The notes under the pieces are model-generated. The model made no database searches, was not told where the DNA came from, and saw only the letters and a list, made by a program, of their open reading frames with translations. A stretch of 61,793 nucleotides of DNA, counting the filler, from Chiloscyllium plagiosum (lineage: Eukaryota), in the NCBI RefSeq assembly GCF_004010195.1. It is 3 parts of one record of this genome, joined end to end, with 100 filler letters (N's around TTAATTAATTAA, not from the genome) between each part and the next. Parts side by side here need not be neighbours in the genome. Positions count along the whole stretch, not along the records: positions 37,841 to 61,793 come from NC_057712.1; 2 more parts are not named here. One strand, written 5' to 3'. A program made the translations under genes and the position numbers. Positions 61,160 to 61,793 of this stretch are shown one piece after another; positions within the stretch are counted from its first letter, which is position 1; the number at the start of each line of letters is the position of its first letter.

Positions 61160-61647
61160 TCGCTGAGCTGTGACACAAGGCAGCAAATGGAAGGGAGGGC
61201 GCGCTGCCCCAGAATGTGGGGATTCTGGCCACTTCAGTCCTGGCTCAGAGGGCTGTTTAGCAGAATTGCTGGGCTTGGTTACAATGTGGCCCATTGTAAT
61301 CTGCTTCATGTGCTCTCTTTCTCCATGAAGTCAGTGGAGCTGATGGATCAAGAACCCTTTGGTTTTGGCATGTGCTGTCCTGAGGAGTTTCCGTGATTAA
61401 GAGACAGGGACACAAAGACAATACAGGGTTTGGTGTTTGTAGACCTCCCAGGGGAGATGCTGCTGACTGAAAGACTCCCAAGCATTGGTGCCACCTTCAA
61501 GCGCCCCCTCCCTCCACCCCGGTCCTCTCTGCACGTGAGAGCCGAGAGACCTTGTTTAGCTCCTTAATCTCTCGTGGGGCGGAAAGACAGGCAGGAGCTT
61601 CCAGGAGGAGAACTTCCAGGTACCTGCATCTCTGAAATGAAGACTGG

Positions 61648-61793
61648 CAGGATGGTAAATAAGGGAATGGGTTACAGGGGGACCAGGGAGAGGGATGGGG
61701 GTCAGGATGGTAAATAAGGGAATGGGTTACAGGGGGACCAGGGAGAGGGATGGGGGTCAGGATGGTAAATAAGGGAATGGGTTACAGGGGGAC
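61648..61793. repeat. 55-bp G-rich minisatellite (at least 2.6 copies, runs off the window)
   Basis: CAGGATGGTAAATAAGGGAATGGGTTACAGGGGGACCAGGGAGAGGGATGGGGGT begins at 61648, 61703 and 61758. Confidence 0.93.

Overview
Eukaryotic, repeat-saturated vertebrate DNA, most likely from a cartilaginous fish (shark). The basis is HE1/V-SINE-type tRNA SINEs, abundant CR1 LINEs, Penelope-like elements (PLEs) with minimal hammerhead ribozymes, L1, Tx1, L2 and Tigger elements. No intact host gene is supported; almost all long ORFs are decayed transposon fragments or run through N-gaps. The most striking structure is at 8011-16978. A short LTR-like repeat is split at its CCAAT/TATA-like promoter (ATAAACAGG) by a head-to-tail array of one near full-length Tx1-clade retrotransposon plus about 10 short poly(A)-tailed pieces of the same element's 3' end. 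Most junctions in the array regenerate an A(A/T)ACAGG motif. This suggests a site-specific Tx1 that repeatedly re-inserts at the same promoter motif. The element's 5' end is also a diverged copy of the start of its own 3' UTR. Positions 7790-31870 form a multi-level nest of insertions with readable target-site duplications (TSDs). Other notable items are a Tx1-like copy with a 5' inversion and a 19-bp TSD, palindromic PLE mini-elements carrying paired hammerheads, and YY1-type motifs at L1 5' ends. All family calls come from motif recognition by eye; no database search was run.
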